A stretch of DNA of 64,000 nt from Candidatus Poribacteria bacterium (GTDB taxonomy: Bacteria; Poribacteria; WGA-4E; PCPOR2b), in NCBI GenBank assembly GCA_965116925.1, contig OZ220744.1:6048001-6112000 (forward strand). Reading direction: 5' to 3'. The notes under the pieces are model-generated. The model had not been told where the DNA came from. It saw nothing but the letters and a program-made list of their open reading frames with translations, and made no database searches. The translations under genes and the position numbers were made by a program. Below are positions 1-8,529 of the stretch, one piece after another (position 1 is the stretch's first letter; each line of letters begins with the position of its first letter).

Positions 1-1036
1 GCATGACCTCAAAACGATCTTTGACGGCTTGGGGCATCAAAAAGGGGGATAGGAGCGCGATGACTAGCAATCCCCAGAGCAGTTTCCGCTGAAAGTAGAT
101 TGCGATATAAATGGTTGCAACGAACACCCCAATCCATGCAGCCCGCGTGAGTGTGAGGGCGAGGTTAGCCCCCATTGTGCACAAGCAGATCCCTAAAACA
201 GCGATAAGCTTCCAGTTTCGGGGGACGCGCCAACTCGCAACAAAGTAGCCTATCGCTATCGGTAGAACAATTACGAGGTAAGCCCCCAAATCGTTAGGCA
301 TCTTGAATGTCCCGGCGAGTCGGGGTTCAATCATATAAACTTTGAGTTGCCCCTCGTTTTTTCGGACAGCGTACTTGCGGTCTTGGTTCTTATCCACTAT
401 CAACCAGTCACCCTGTTTTTTTGAGGGCAAAACAGTCGCATCTTGAGAGAGTCGTCTGCCGTTTTTCTGATAAACTTGCCGCAAATCCTCCGATACCTTA
501 ACTCCTTCGTTACGGTGGGCTGCGTCGCTGAAATGACTTTCTAACTTCGCTTCCACGTCGAACATATAAGCAGTCCCCATGTGTGTGTCGGTTGCGTAGT
601 AATATAGACCAAGGAGGGAGGAGAGCCCCCCGGCAAACACAAAGGCGATGATAACGTGACGCCAACGACTACCGAGCCGGCTGTGAACGACTGCATAAAA
701 CAGTAACACGGCTCGGAGCAATTTCCAGAAATATCCCAGACTGCTTGTCGCTGGATGGGGTGCAAAGAGTGAAGCGATAAGTGCAAGGAGAAGAAAGACA
801 GCAAGCGGGATATCTAGCGGTGTTTTTTTCCACTCAAATCGACGTTCATGACAGATGCGCCCTACCCACCCAAACAGTACGAGTAACAGGCTTGCGTTCA
901 ATATTGACGTTGCATAACCGAATGGAAGGACAAGCGCGAAAAGAAGAAAACCAACGTAGATAGCAAGATCAAAACAATCGCTTGGTCGGCGATAGTATTG
1001 GATTGCAATTTGTCGAATTTTGTCTAACATACGCAT
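1..1036 (-). CDS. O-antigen ligase (Wzy/WaaL-like) family membrane protein, 3' end runs off the window
   Basis: Not in the ORF track because it is truncated. Manual translation from ATG at 1036 (MRMLDKIRQ...) gives multiple hydrophobic helices, RLAGTFKMPNDLGAYL and LTLTRAAWIG motifs, in frame to ...DRFEVM at the edge. Confidence 0.8.
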   Translation of the reverse strand, partial: MRMLDKIRQIAIQYYRRPSDCFDLAIYVGFLLFALVLPFGYATSILNASLLLVLFGWVGRICHERRFEWKKTPLDIPLAVFLLLALIASLFAPHPATSSLGYFWKLLRAVLLFYAVVHSRLGSRWRHVIIAFVFAGGLSSLLGLYYYATDTHMGTAYMFDVEAKLESHFSDAAHRNEGVKVSEDLRQVYQKNGRRLSQDATVLPSKKQGDWLIVDKNQDRKYAVRKNEGQLKVYMIEPRLAGTFKMPNDLGAYLVIVLPIAIGYFVASWRVPRNWKLIAVLGICLCTMGANLALTLTRAAWIGVFVATIYIAIYFQRKLLWGLLVIALLSPFLMPQAVKDRFEVM

Positions 1037-1051
1037 TTTTATTTAGAACTG

Positions 1052-1199
1052 ACCGCCGAGGCGCAGAGGGCACAGAGGAAAATTAGAGGAAGCGAGGGAG
1101 TGAGTATTAGAGGGGGCGAGTATCTTCCACACCTCCACGCCCCCTCGTCTCTACGCTACCTTTCTAAGAAATCTCTGCGTTTCTCCGCGTCTCTGCGGT
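1052..1199. repeat. Long imperfect palindrome: ACCGC-AGAG-type outer arms with nested purine-rich/pyrimidine-rich inner arms
   Basis: accgccgaggcgcagagggcacagag ... ctctgcgtttctccgcgtctctgcggt; same architecture at 31758-31882, partial copies near 16577 and 30588. Confidence 0.75.
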
Positions 1200-1305
1200 G
1201 GATTTTAGCTATATTCCCTAATTTATAGTGGTCGTCCGTCCATAAATGTAACATATTAGGTGTCAAAAGAACGAATAAAAACGATTCAACAGCCGGAGGT
1301 ACGTT

Positions 1306-2325
1306 ATGAAGGGATTAAGGTTATTGCCTCTGATTCTTGCTACTGGTTTTCTAGCTTCTGGTGTAGATGCAGAACAGAAGGGAACGATAATTCCCCAATT
1401 ATCCTTTCACTTTGGTGTGAAGCGGAATCCGCCGGGCGATCGTATGCTGCCTCGTGTTTCTCGGCGCATTGTTTTCAATTTAGATGACACCAAAATCATC
1501 TCCAAGTTGGAGGATGGGAGTATAGTGGAGTGGAATTTAGAAACCCGCGAAGAAAAATATATTACTACCACCGAAGACCTATTTTCCTATTCACCGGGTC
1601 AAAATCTGCTCCTCGTCAAAAAAAAGAACGATGATGTTACACTTATCCCTCTAGACACTAATCAGGAAATAGTTCTGACCAGTGGTACATTTGAACACGG
1701 AAGTTTGTCCGCAAACGGGAAATTTGTCGCGTTATCGCGTGGGGATAAGGAGATAGAAATTTGGGAGATAGATCGGAAGCGGCTGCTAAAACACCTGCAC
1801 ACAGTTGAGCCGGTAAGGAACGGCTTAGCAATTTCCCACGATGGTCAGTACGTTGCAGCAGCGGAAGGCACGTACCGAGATGGAGAAGGGCATCGCACAA
1901 ATATTGAGGTGTGGGACATCAAGCAAGATGCCCCGGCGGATTTGATTGATACGGGTATCATCTTGGGTGTGTGGAACCTACATTTTTCTCCTGACAGCTC
2001 AATGCTGGCTGTTGATAGTCAAATAGAGGCGAAGGCGGGGATTCGTGTGTGGGAGAGAAGTACAAAAGAGCAACTATGTCTGATAGACAACTTGGAAGCG
2101 TATTGGGTCCGCGCCCTCACGTTTGCATTAGATGGCAAATACATCGCGCTGGGCGATGAATCAGGAGTGTTAATACTCTCGAATATTAAAGAAGATAGAG
2201 AGGTATTCGCACTGAAAGTCGATACCGGAATTGAATCCCTTGCGTTTTCTCATGATGGGAGATATATGGCAGTTGGACTTTTCGATTCGACGGTTCAAAT
2301 CTGGGAGCTCAAATCCGATCTCTAG
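1306..2325 (+). CDS. Exported WD40-repeat beta-propeller protein
   Basis: N-terminal signal-like peptide; WD-type repeats (IEIWEID, IEVWDIK, SLAFSHDGRYMAVGLFDSTVQIWEL); RBS ggagg upstream. Confidence 0.85.
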   Translation: MKGLRLLPLILATGFLASGVDAEQKGTIIPQLSFHFGVKRNPPGDRMLPRVSRRIVFNLDDTKIISKLEDGSIVEWNLETREEKYITTTEDLFSYSPGQNLLLVKKKNDDVTLIPLDTNQEIVLTSGTFEHGSLSANGKFVALSRGDKEIEIWEIDRKRLLKHLHTVEPVRNGLAISHDGQYVAAAEGTYRDGEGHRTNIEVWDIKQDAPADLIDTGIILGVWNLHFSPDSSMLAVDSQIEAKAGIRVWERSTKEQLCLIDNLEAYWVRALTFALDGKYIALGDESGVLILSNIKEDREVFALKVDTGIESLAFSHDGRYMAVGLFDSTVQIWELKSDL

Positions 2326-2366
2326 CGTGTTCTATAAATTTTCATGAATTTGGAGGTAAATTTGTT

Positions 2367-2876
2367 ATGGATCCAAAAGGTGATACATCATATACCGATG
2401 CGAAAGGTCGCACCCGTTGGCATCGCAATGACGAAATCGCGAAGAAACTCCAGCAACTTCACGAGATCTTGGTCATCGGCGGCTACGAGGAATCTCATGC
2501 TACACGATATTCACGACTAGCCTACACGATTTCGCGCCATCCAGAATCTATAGAAGCGCTGCATCAAGAAGGACGCTTATCGACAATCTCCGGCGTCGGC
2601 GAAACAATTGCTGAGATTATCGGTGAGTTTATTGAGACAGGCACATGTAACAAGCTGGAGGAATTCGCCGAACACACCCCGAAAACTGTACTGGAGTTGA
2701 CAGCACTTTCCGGAGTCGGTATCAAGACCGCAAAGGCGTTGTACGATGAACTTGGTATTGATAGCCTTGCTGCTCTGGGTCAAGCACTGGATGAAGGTAA
2801 GCTTGAAGGGCGCAAACTCATGACAAAAAAAACGCAGGAGCGGATTCGGCAGCACATCAGCGAAAATCTCAAATAA
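2367..2876 (+). CDS. Stand-alone DNA polymerase X N-terminal (8 kDa + HhH fingers) protein, no palm or PHP domain
   Basis: NDEIAKKL, ISGVGETIAEII and LSGVGIKTAKALY HhH motifs as in the PolX N-terminus; stops at 169 aa; RBS ggagg. Confidence 0.8.
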   Translation: MDPKGDTSYTDAKGRTRWHRNDEIAKKLQQLHEILVIGGYEESHATRYSRLAYTISRHPESIEALHQEGRLSTISGVGETIAEIIGEFIETGTCNKLEEFAEHTPKTVLELTALSGVGIKTAKALYDELGIDSLAALGQALDEGKLEGRKLMTKKTQERIRQHISENLK

Positions 2877-2898
2877 CAGCGACAGAGGGGACAAAAAA

Positions 2899-3726
2899 AT
2901 GCAAGGAAAAGATCAATCGTCTCAGCCACCGCCAGAATCTGCCCGCCGACTCACCGGCAAAGTAGCAGCTGTCACCGGTGCAGGTCAGGGGATCGGCAGG
3001 GAAACCGCCTTGCGATTGGCGCGGGAGGGAGCATCGCTCTTTGCTAGCGACATCAAGGAAGATTTGCTAGAGAAGCTGGAGGGTGACCTCAAAGCGACCG
3101 GTGCCACCATCACCACAGGAGTCTTCGATGCCGCCAAAGCGGCGGACGCTGCCCCCTTTGTGCAAGCAGTCATCGGCCAGTACGAACGTATTGATATTAT
3201 GGTCAACAATGCGGGGGGGATACGGACGCAGCCGTTTCCAGATGTTACGGAAGATACGTGGGACTGGACACTCAACCTGAACCTCAAGGGGCCGTATTTT
3301 TACATGCAGGAAGCTGCGAAACCGATGATAGCGCAGAAAAGCGGCACGATTATCAACATTGCCTCGGTGGCTGGAATCGCTGGGGGAATGACCTACTCGC
3401 CACCTTATGCGGCGAGCAAGGCAGCAATCATTAACCTCACCAAGGTGGCTGCCGCCAACCTCGCGGAGCACGGAGTTACGGTCAACGCTGTCGCGCCCGG
3501 CATTGTAGAAACCGCTTTTAACTGGACGCTTGATGACCTGATAGGGGTTCAGCAGATGGGGCTGTCCCCCGGCGAGTTTATGGAGCGTCGCCGTGATTCT
3601 ATACCACTTGGTCGGCTGCAGCAGCCGCAAAACATTGCCAATGTTGTGGCTTTTCTGGCAGGTCCTGATGCTTCCGAGATGACGGGTGAGACGGTTGTCG
3701 TTTCCGGTGGGTTAGTGACACGATGA
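2899..3726 (+). CDS. SDR family NAD(P)-dependent oxidoreductase
   Basis: TGAGQGIG, NNAGG, YAASK, NAVAPG motifs. Confidence 0.95.
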   Translation: MQGKDQSSQPPPESARRLTGKVAAVTGAGQGIGRETALRLAREGASLFASDIKEDLLEKLEGDLKATGATITTGVFDAAKAADAAPFVQAVIGQYERIDIMVNNAGGIRTQPFPDVTEDTWDWTLNLNLKGPYFYMQEAAKPMIAQKSGTIINIASVAGIAGGMTYSPPYAASKAAIINLTKVAAANLAEHGVTVNAVAPGIVETAFNWTLDDLIGVQQMGLSPGEFMERRRDSIPLGRLQQPQNIANVVAFLAGPDASEMTGETVVVSGGLVTR

Positions 3727-3744
3727 TCACCTAAAGGAGAAACC

Positions 3745-5502
3745 ATGATCAAAGAATCAGTATTATCAAAACCGCAGTATCAGACAGTTCATGAAAAGAA
3801 TCAAGAAGTTACCATGCGGGACGGCACGGTTCTTCGTGCTAATATCACCCGTCCGAATGTGGAGGGCAAGTTCCCCGTACTCATAGAGCGCACGCCATAC
3901 AATAAGGAGGGTGGATCTGAAAATGGGGTGGGATCGCCCCAATTCTTCGCACAGAGGGGGTATGCTGTCATTATCCAAGACGTGCGCGGCAGGTTCGCTT
4001 CTGACGGTGAATTTTATCCGTTTCGGGACGATGGTGCGGGCATAAACCGCGATGGCTATGACACCGTTGAGTGGGCGGCGGCGCAACCGTGGTCTGACGG
4101 CAATGTAGGGACGATTGGCGGTTCTTATTCTGGAGCCACTCAGTACAGAAACGCACTCAGTCGTCCACCCCACTTACGGGCGATGTTTGTCCGTGAATCC
4201 TCCGCGGACTACTATCAGGAGTGGGTGTATCGAAGCGGTGCGTTTGAGCTCGCGTTCAACATGGCTTGGGCGCATGGAGTGACGTTGACCAATCTTGCAC
4301 ATCTCGCAGAGGGGGAGGAATTTAATCGACAAAAGGGTAGACTCGAAAGGGTTAAGGAAGAGATGGATAGCTGGTATGCACGACTTCCGATCTACCCATG
4401 CCCGTTCTTTGAGGGGTTGAGCGATTGGTTCAACGAGTGGCTTCAACACCCAACGGATGATGGGTACTGGGACGCTTTCAATATGGACAAATTTCACGAT
4501 CAGATGGAAACGCCCATGTACCACCTAGGGGGCTGGTTTGACATCTTCTTGGCGGGAACATTCAAACACTACATGGGTATCAAGGGACGTGGCCGTACAG
4601 AGAAAGCGCGCCAGAGCCAAAAACTGATTGTTGGACCTTGGGTGCACGGTCCTGGGGCTATCAACACCCAATTTGCTGGCGAGTTCGATTTCGGTGTTGG
4701 TGCGGCTAAGGATTTCAACGAATTACGGCTCCCTTGGTTCGATTACTGGCTCAAAGGTATTGACACAGGGATTATGGATACACCGCCGGTACGCATTTTC
4801 GTGATGGGACGTAATGAGTGGCGTGATGAATCTAATTGGCCCCTGCCCGACACGCAGTACACAAACTATTATCTGCACGGTGGACAGAGTAGCTCTATCA
4901 AATCATTGAACGATGGAACACTGTCGCCAACGCCCCCTGAAGGGAGTGAAAATCCGGACAGTTTTGTATACGATCCACTCCAGCCCGTCCCGACCCAAGG
5001 CGGCAACACATTAAATATACCCGGCGGCGTTTATGACCAACGCGAGGTTGAGCAACTATGTCTTACCTTTACGACTGAGCCACTAGCGGAAGAGCTCGAT
5101 GTCACGGGGCCTGTGAAGGCGGTGATATATGGACTGTCTTCTGCGCCGGATACCGATTGGGTTGTGCGGCTCACCGATGTGCATCCGGATGGCTACTCGC
5201 GGCTACTGTGTGACGGCCTCCTCCGAGCTCGATACAGGGATTCTTTTGAGCAGCCTGAGTTGTTGGATATTGGTAAGGTATACAGATATGAGATTGATAT
5301 GTGGGCGACGAGCAACGTTTTCCTACCGGGACATCGGGTGCGTGTGTCGGTCACAAGTAGTTGTTTCCCTCGGTTTGACCGTAATCTCAACACCGGTGGA
5401 TCCATTCACAACGAGGCTGCTGGACAGGTTGCTATTAACACAGTCATGCACGATGAAATGAGACCATCTCATATTGTGCTGCCTGTAATTAAACGAAATT
5501 GA
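3745..5502 (+). CDS. CocE/NonD family serine hydrolase
   Basis: RTPY, QDVRGRFASDG, GGSYSG nucleophile, GGWFD, GPWVH, C-terminal FPRFDRNLNTG. Confidence 0.93.
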   Translation: MIKESVLSKPQYQTVHEKNQEVTMRDGTVLRANITRPNVEGKFPVLIERTPYNKEGGSENGVGSPQFFAQRGYAVIIQDVRGRFASDGEFYPFRDDGAGINRDGYDTVEWAAAQPWSDGNVGTIGGSYSGATQYRNALSRPPHLRAMFVRESSADYYQEWVYRSGAFELAFNMAWAHGVTLTNLAHLAEGEEFNRQKGRLERVKEEMDSWYARLPIYPCPFFEGLSDWFNEWLQHPTDDGYWDAFNMDKFHDQMETPMYHLGGWFDIFLAGTFKHYMGIKGRGRTEKARQSQKLIVGPWVHGPGAINTQFAGEFDFGVGAAKDFNELRLPWFDYWLKGIDTGIMDTPPVRIFVMGRNEWRDESNWPLPDTQYTNYYLHGGQSSSIKSLNDGTLSPTPPEGSENPDSFVYDPLQPVPTQGGNTLNIPGGVYDQREVEQLCLTFTTEPLAEELDVTGPVKAVIYGLSSAPDTDWVVRLTDVHPDGYSRLLCDGLLRARYRDSFEQPELLDIGKVYRYEIDMWATSNVFLPGHRVRVSVTSSCFPRFDRNLNTGGSIHNEAAGQVAINTVMHDEMRPSHIVLPVIKRN

Positions 5503-5550
5503 AAAGGATTTTGTTGTTGCTGTTGGCGTGGAGGGGCGGGAATTATCTTT

Positions 5551-5663
5551 GGCTCATGTAAAAAGGAAGTGCAAAATACCGAAAAAAAACGTAGGCGGGG
5601 CATCTTGCCCCGCCTATCCGTGCCAAAACTTAGTTTCTGTTGCACACTTTCTTAGCATGAGCC
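5551..5663 (+). mobile_element. Miniature inverted-repeat element, shell family A, carrying a GTAG-REP-like hairpin
   Basis: Ends ggctcatg...catgagcc; cargo gtaggcggggcatcttgccccgccta (5591-5616, 11-bp stem); lies between convergent genes. Confidence 0.75.
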
Positions 5664-5709
5664 TTATCTTTTTTCTGGCGAAGCAGGCAGCGATAAATAG
5701 GTTAATTGC

Positions 5710-6861
5710 TCAATCCTCACGAAGGTCTTGAGGGCGTGTCAACTCGTCTGTCAATGCTTCAATAGACTGGCTCAGTACGAGATCTTCTTTCAGTAGCGTT
5801 TCGATTCGTTGGCAGCTTCGCACGACTGTTGATCGACTTTGCCCAAACCCTTGATGGATCTCTTTCAACGAGAGGGCGGTCAACTGACGGGTAAGATACA
5901 TTCCGACTTGTCGAGGGAGTACAAACCGTCTTCCTCGTTTTCGAGAACATAGCTCTGATAAAGTGAGATGGAAATACCTAGCAACAGTTTCCTGAATATG
6001 TTCTAGCGTGATTGTGTCGGGCGCGGGTCGATCCGGGGTTTTATTCTCTAGCACATGATGAGCTGCCTGAAGGGTCAGTGGCGATCCCAAGCGTACCTCT
6101 GCCATTAATCGGTTGAGTGCCCCTTCCAGTTGACGAATGTGCTGTGTCAGATGTTTTGCCAAATAACGGAGCACTTTCAAAGGCACGGGTCCAGAGTCGC
6201 GTTCTTTTAATTTCTGCTTCAGAATTGAAACCCGCAGATCAAATTCCGGCGCACAAATTTCGACGGTATGCCGCTGCGCGAGACTATCGGACGAGTCCCA
6301 AAACTCCTTCAGGAATTGCGGCAAACGATCACAGGTGCATACAAGCTGCTGACCTCGTTCATTTAAGCCGTTAAGTAGATGGAAAAACTCTTCCTGAATT
6401 TTTTGTTCTGGTGATAAAAATTGAATATCGTCAATTAGCAACAGATCTACATGCTTATACTGTTGCCGCAATGCGGCAGCTTTCTGAGGGGTAGCCATGG
6501 ACTGAAGCCATTCACGCATAAATCTCTCTGCTGAAGAGCAGTACACTGTCCGATTCAGATGCCCCTGACGGAATTGGTTCCCAATCGCATGCAACAAATG
6601 AGTTTTACCGAGTCCGACCCCCCCATGTATAATTAATACTCCCTCCATCTCGCCAACCTTATTCATCATACTTTTCGCTGCATCAGACGCTTCTTGATTG
6701 CTTTGCCCAACGACAAACCGGTCAAAGGTCAACGCCGGATTCAGTCCTGAATTGGCAGGTAGACGCGGGGCTGAAGTTGGTATACAAGTTGGTAGTTCGG
6801 ATGGCTTTGATACTAACGGCTGCGGAGAGCGATCATCGCTGTCGCCATTCGAGTGGTTCAT
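5710..6861 (-). CDS. dnaA: DnaA paralog (domains III-IV only; degenerate arginine finger and recognition helix)
   Basis: LNPALTFDRFVVG, Walker A GGVGLGKTHLL, Walker B LLIDDIQF, IRQLEGAL, domain IV PRQVGMYL; only 383 aa, domain I missing. Confidence 0.85.
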   Translation of the reverse strand: MNHSNGDSDDRSPQPLVSKPSELPTCIPTSAPRLPANSGLNPALTFDRFVVGQSNQEASDAAKSMMNKVGEMEGVLIIHGGVGLGKTHLLHAIGNQFRQGHLNRTVYCSSAERFMREWLQSMATPQKAAALRQQYKHVDLLLIDDIQFLSPEQKIQEEFFHLLNGLNERGQQLVCTCDRLPQFLKEFWDSSDSLAQRHTVEICAPEFDLRVSILKQKLKERDSGPVPLKVLRYLAKHLTQHIRQLEGALNRLMAEVRLGSPLTLQAAHHVLENKTPDRPAPDTITLEHIQETVARYFHLTLSELCSRKRGRRFVLPRQVGMYLTRQLTALSLKEIHQGFGQSRSTVVRSCQRIETLLKEDLVLSQSIEALTDELTRPQDLRED

Positions 6862-6938
6862 TGCTATTGTCCTACGATTGGAGGTTGAATATTTCTACTG
6901 ATACTAAATCTACATCTAAATGTTACGAAGGCACCTAG

Positions 6939-6961
6939 GTAGGGGGCGACTGAAATCGCTC
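6939..6961 (+). repeat. GTAG-REP-like hairpin
   Basis: gtagggggcgactgaaatcgctc, in the leader of the dnaA paralog. Confidence 0.5.
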
Positions 6962-7058
6962 GTTCTTTGTAATCTGTAACATCATAGTTGAGGGCTTGTA
7001 TGGGGTCTTGTCGTCCTCTGTCGCAATAGGGATGAGGAGGCAATTCAGGTAGGACTAT

Positions 7059-7087
7059 AGTCTATCAAAAAATCGACATGAGATCAA
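7059..7087 (-). promoter_or_regulatory. Sigma70-type promoter for the dnaA paralog
   Basis: Minus strand reads TTGATC-N17-TAGACT, preceded by an A-rich UP-like tract. Confidence 0.6.
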
Positions 7088-7124
7088 GCCTTTTTTTCGA
7101 TTTTTTACAACATTTTTTTACTTT

Positions 7125-8021
7125 TCAGAAATATCCCATGTCCTTCAATTTTCGTTCGTCGCGTCGCCAATCTGCTTTGACGGACACGCGCAAATCCAGA
7201 AATACGGTTGTGTCCAAAAACTGCTCGATTTCTGCGCGGGCGAGCTGACCGATCCTTTTGATTGTTTTACCGCCTTTTCCCACTAGGATCCCTTTTTGCG
7301 ATTGTCGTTCGACATAAAGCATCGCACTGATATAGATCTTTCCATTTGGACGTTCCTTGAACTCTTCAACCATGACGCTAGAGGCGTAAGGAATCTCCTG
7401 ACTGGTTCTGAGGAAAATCTTTTCCCGTATTGTTTCCGAGACAAAGAAGCGTTCCGGCAGGTCACTGAGTTGGTCGGGCGGGAAGTAGGGAGGTCCTTCG
7501 GGAAGGTGTTTGAGAATGGACTCGTGCAGTTCAGATACGCCGTTGCCCGTTGTTGCAGAGATTGGGATGAGTTCAAGAAAAGGGAACTTTTCCTGATAGC
7601 TGGCAATAATCGGTAAAAGTGAGGGATTGGGTATGAGGTCAATTTTGTTAATTACGAGTATGACTTGCTGCGCTGCCTTTTTGAATTCAACAAGGATCTT
7701 TTCCTCAATGCCGGAGTTTAGTCGGCTCACATCGATCATATAAAGCACAAGATCTGCGTCTGTGATTGCGGTATATGCAGCTTTGACCATCTGTTCCTGC
7801 AAGCGATATTTGGGGGTAAGCACGCCGGGCGTATCTAGGAAGATAATTTGATGCGAATCCGTTGTGAGAATCCCTGTGATCCGGTTGCGTGTCGTCTGCG
7901 GCTTCGGTGTGACAATTGCGAGCTTCTCCCCCATCAGCGCATTCAGCAGGGTTGATTTGCCGACATTCGGTTCACCGATGATGCTAACGTATCCGGATTT
8001 GAATAGGTCTTGCTCTTGCAT
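7125..8021 (-). CDS. era: GTPase Era
   Basis: GEPNVGKSTL, PQTTRN, DTPG, NKID, KH domain QKGILVGKGG. Start chosen at MQEQDLFKSG (the track extends to 8051). Confidence 0.96.
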   Translation of the reverse strand: MQEQDLFKSGYVSIIGEPNVGKSTLLNALMGEKLAIVTPKPQTTRNRITGILTTDSHQIIFLDTPGVLTPKYRLQEQMVKAAYTAITDADLVLYMIDVSRLNSGIEEKILVEFKKAAQQVILVINKIDLIPNPSLLPIIASYQEKFPFLELIPISATTGNGVSELHESILKHLPEGPPYFPPDQLSDLPERFFVSETIREKIFLRTSQEIPYASSVMVEEFKERPNGKIYISAMLYVERQSQKGILVGKGGKTIKRIGQLARAEIEQFLDTTVFLDLRVSVKADWRRDERKLKDMGYF

Positions 8022-8051
8022 TTGCGGGTTCCATAGCGGACTTGATGGCAT

Positions 8052-8077
8052 AAAAAAAGCGATGCTTTGACATCGCC
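8052..8077 (-). terminator. Probable Rho-independent terminator
   Basis: Minus strand gcgatg-tcaaag-catcgc followed by T7, downstream of the 8142-8501 gene. Confidence 0.55.
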
Positions 8078-8141
8078 TTTTGGCTGATTCAGATGAAATT
8101 CACTTTGCCACGAATAAGAACGAACGCTTCTCTTCTTGCAT

Positions 8142-8501
8142 TTAGGGAGGGCTCTTATCCCTTCGTGATTCGTGGTGGGATAGGTGGTCGATGTGGTTCT
8201 GGTTTAACTGGCGCATTTCACTTCTAAGGTCACGGATTTCCGCTTGCATATCTGTAAGTCGTTGATTCACTTCAGTAAACCGATGATTCATTTCAGTAAA
8301 CCGATGATTCACTTCCTCGGATTGCTTGTCGATCCGATCTTCTAGCCGTTCGATCGCATGAACGAATGTCTCGCTTTGCTTTTGCAGCTGTTCCGTGTTC
8401 GCTTTCAGTCGCGCTGACACGGCGATGGCTTGTCCTATTATCGTTGCCAATGCTAGTGCTGCCACAATCAGATGTGACGGCGACCATGCTGAAAAGTCCA
8501 T
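8142..8501 (-). CDS. Small membrane-anchored coiled-coil protein with heptad repeats
   Basis: N-terminal hydrophobic helix; EVNHRFT/EMNHRFT/EVNQRLT repeats; RBS ggag upstream. Confidence 0.75.
   Translation of the reverse strand: MDFSAWSPSHLIVAALALATIIGQAIAVSARLKANTEQLQKQSETFVHAIERLEDRIDKQSEEVNHRFTEMNHRFTEVNQRLTDMQAEIRDLRSEMRQLNQNHIDHLSHHESRRDKSPP
8263..8315. repeat. Intragenic 21-bp tandem repeat (about 2.5 copies)
   Basis: tgattcacttcagtaaaccga tgattcatttcagtaaaccga tgattcacttc. Confidence 0.9.
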
Positions 8502-8529
8502 TTCAATCTCCTGTGTTCAAATGGTCATA

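Noticed and set aside
6862..7124. Possible oriC next to the dnaA-like gene
   Set aside because: No TTATCCACA-type boxes and no dnaN/recF/gyrB. The only perfect box I noticed (about 38022) is isolated inside a CDS.
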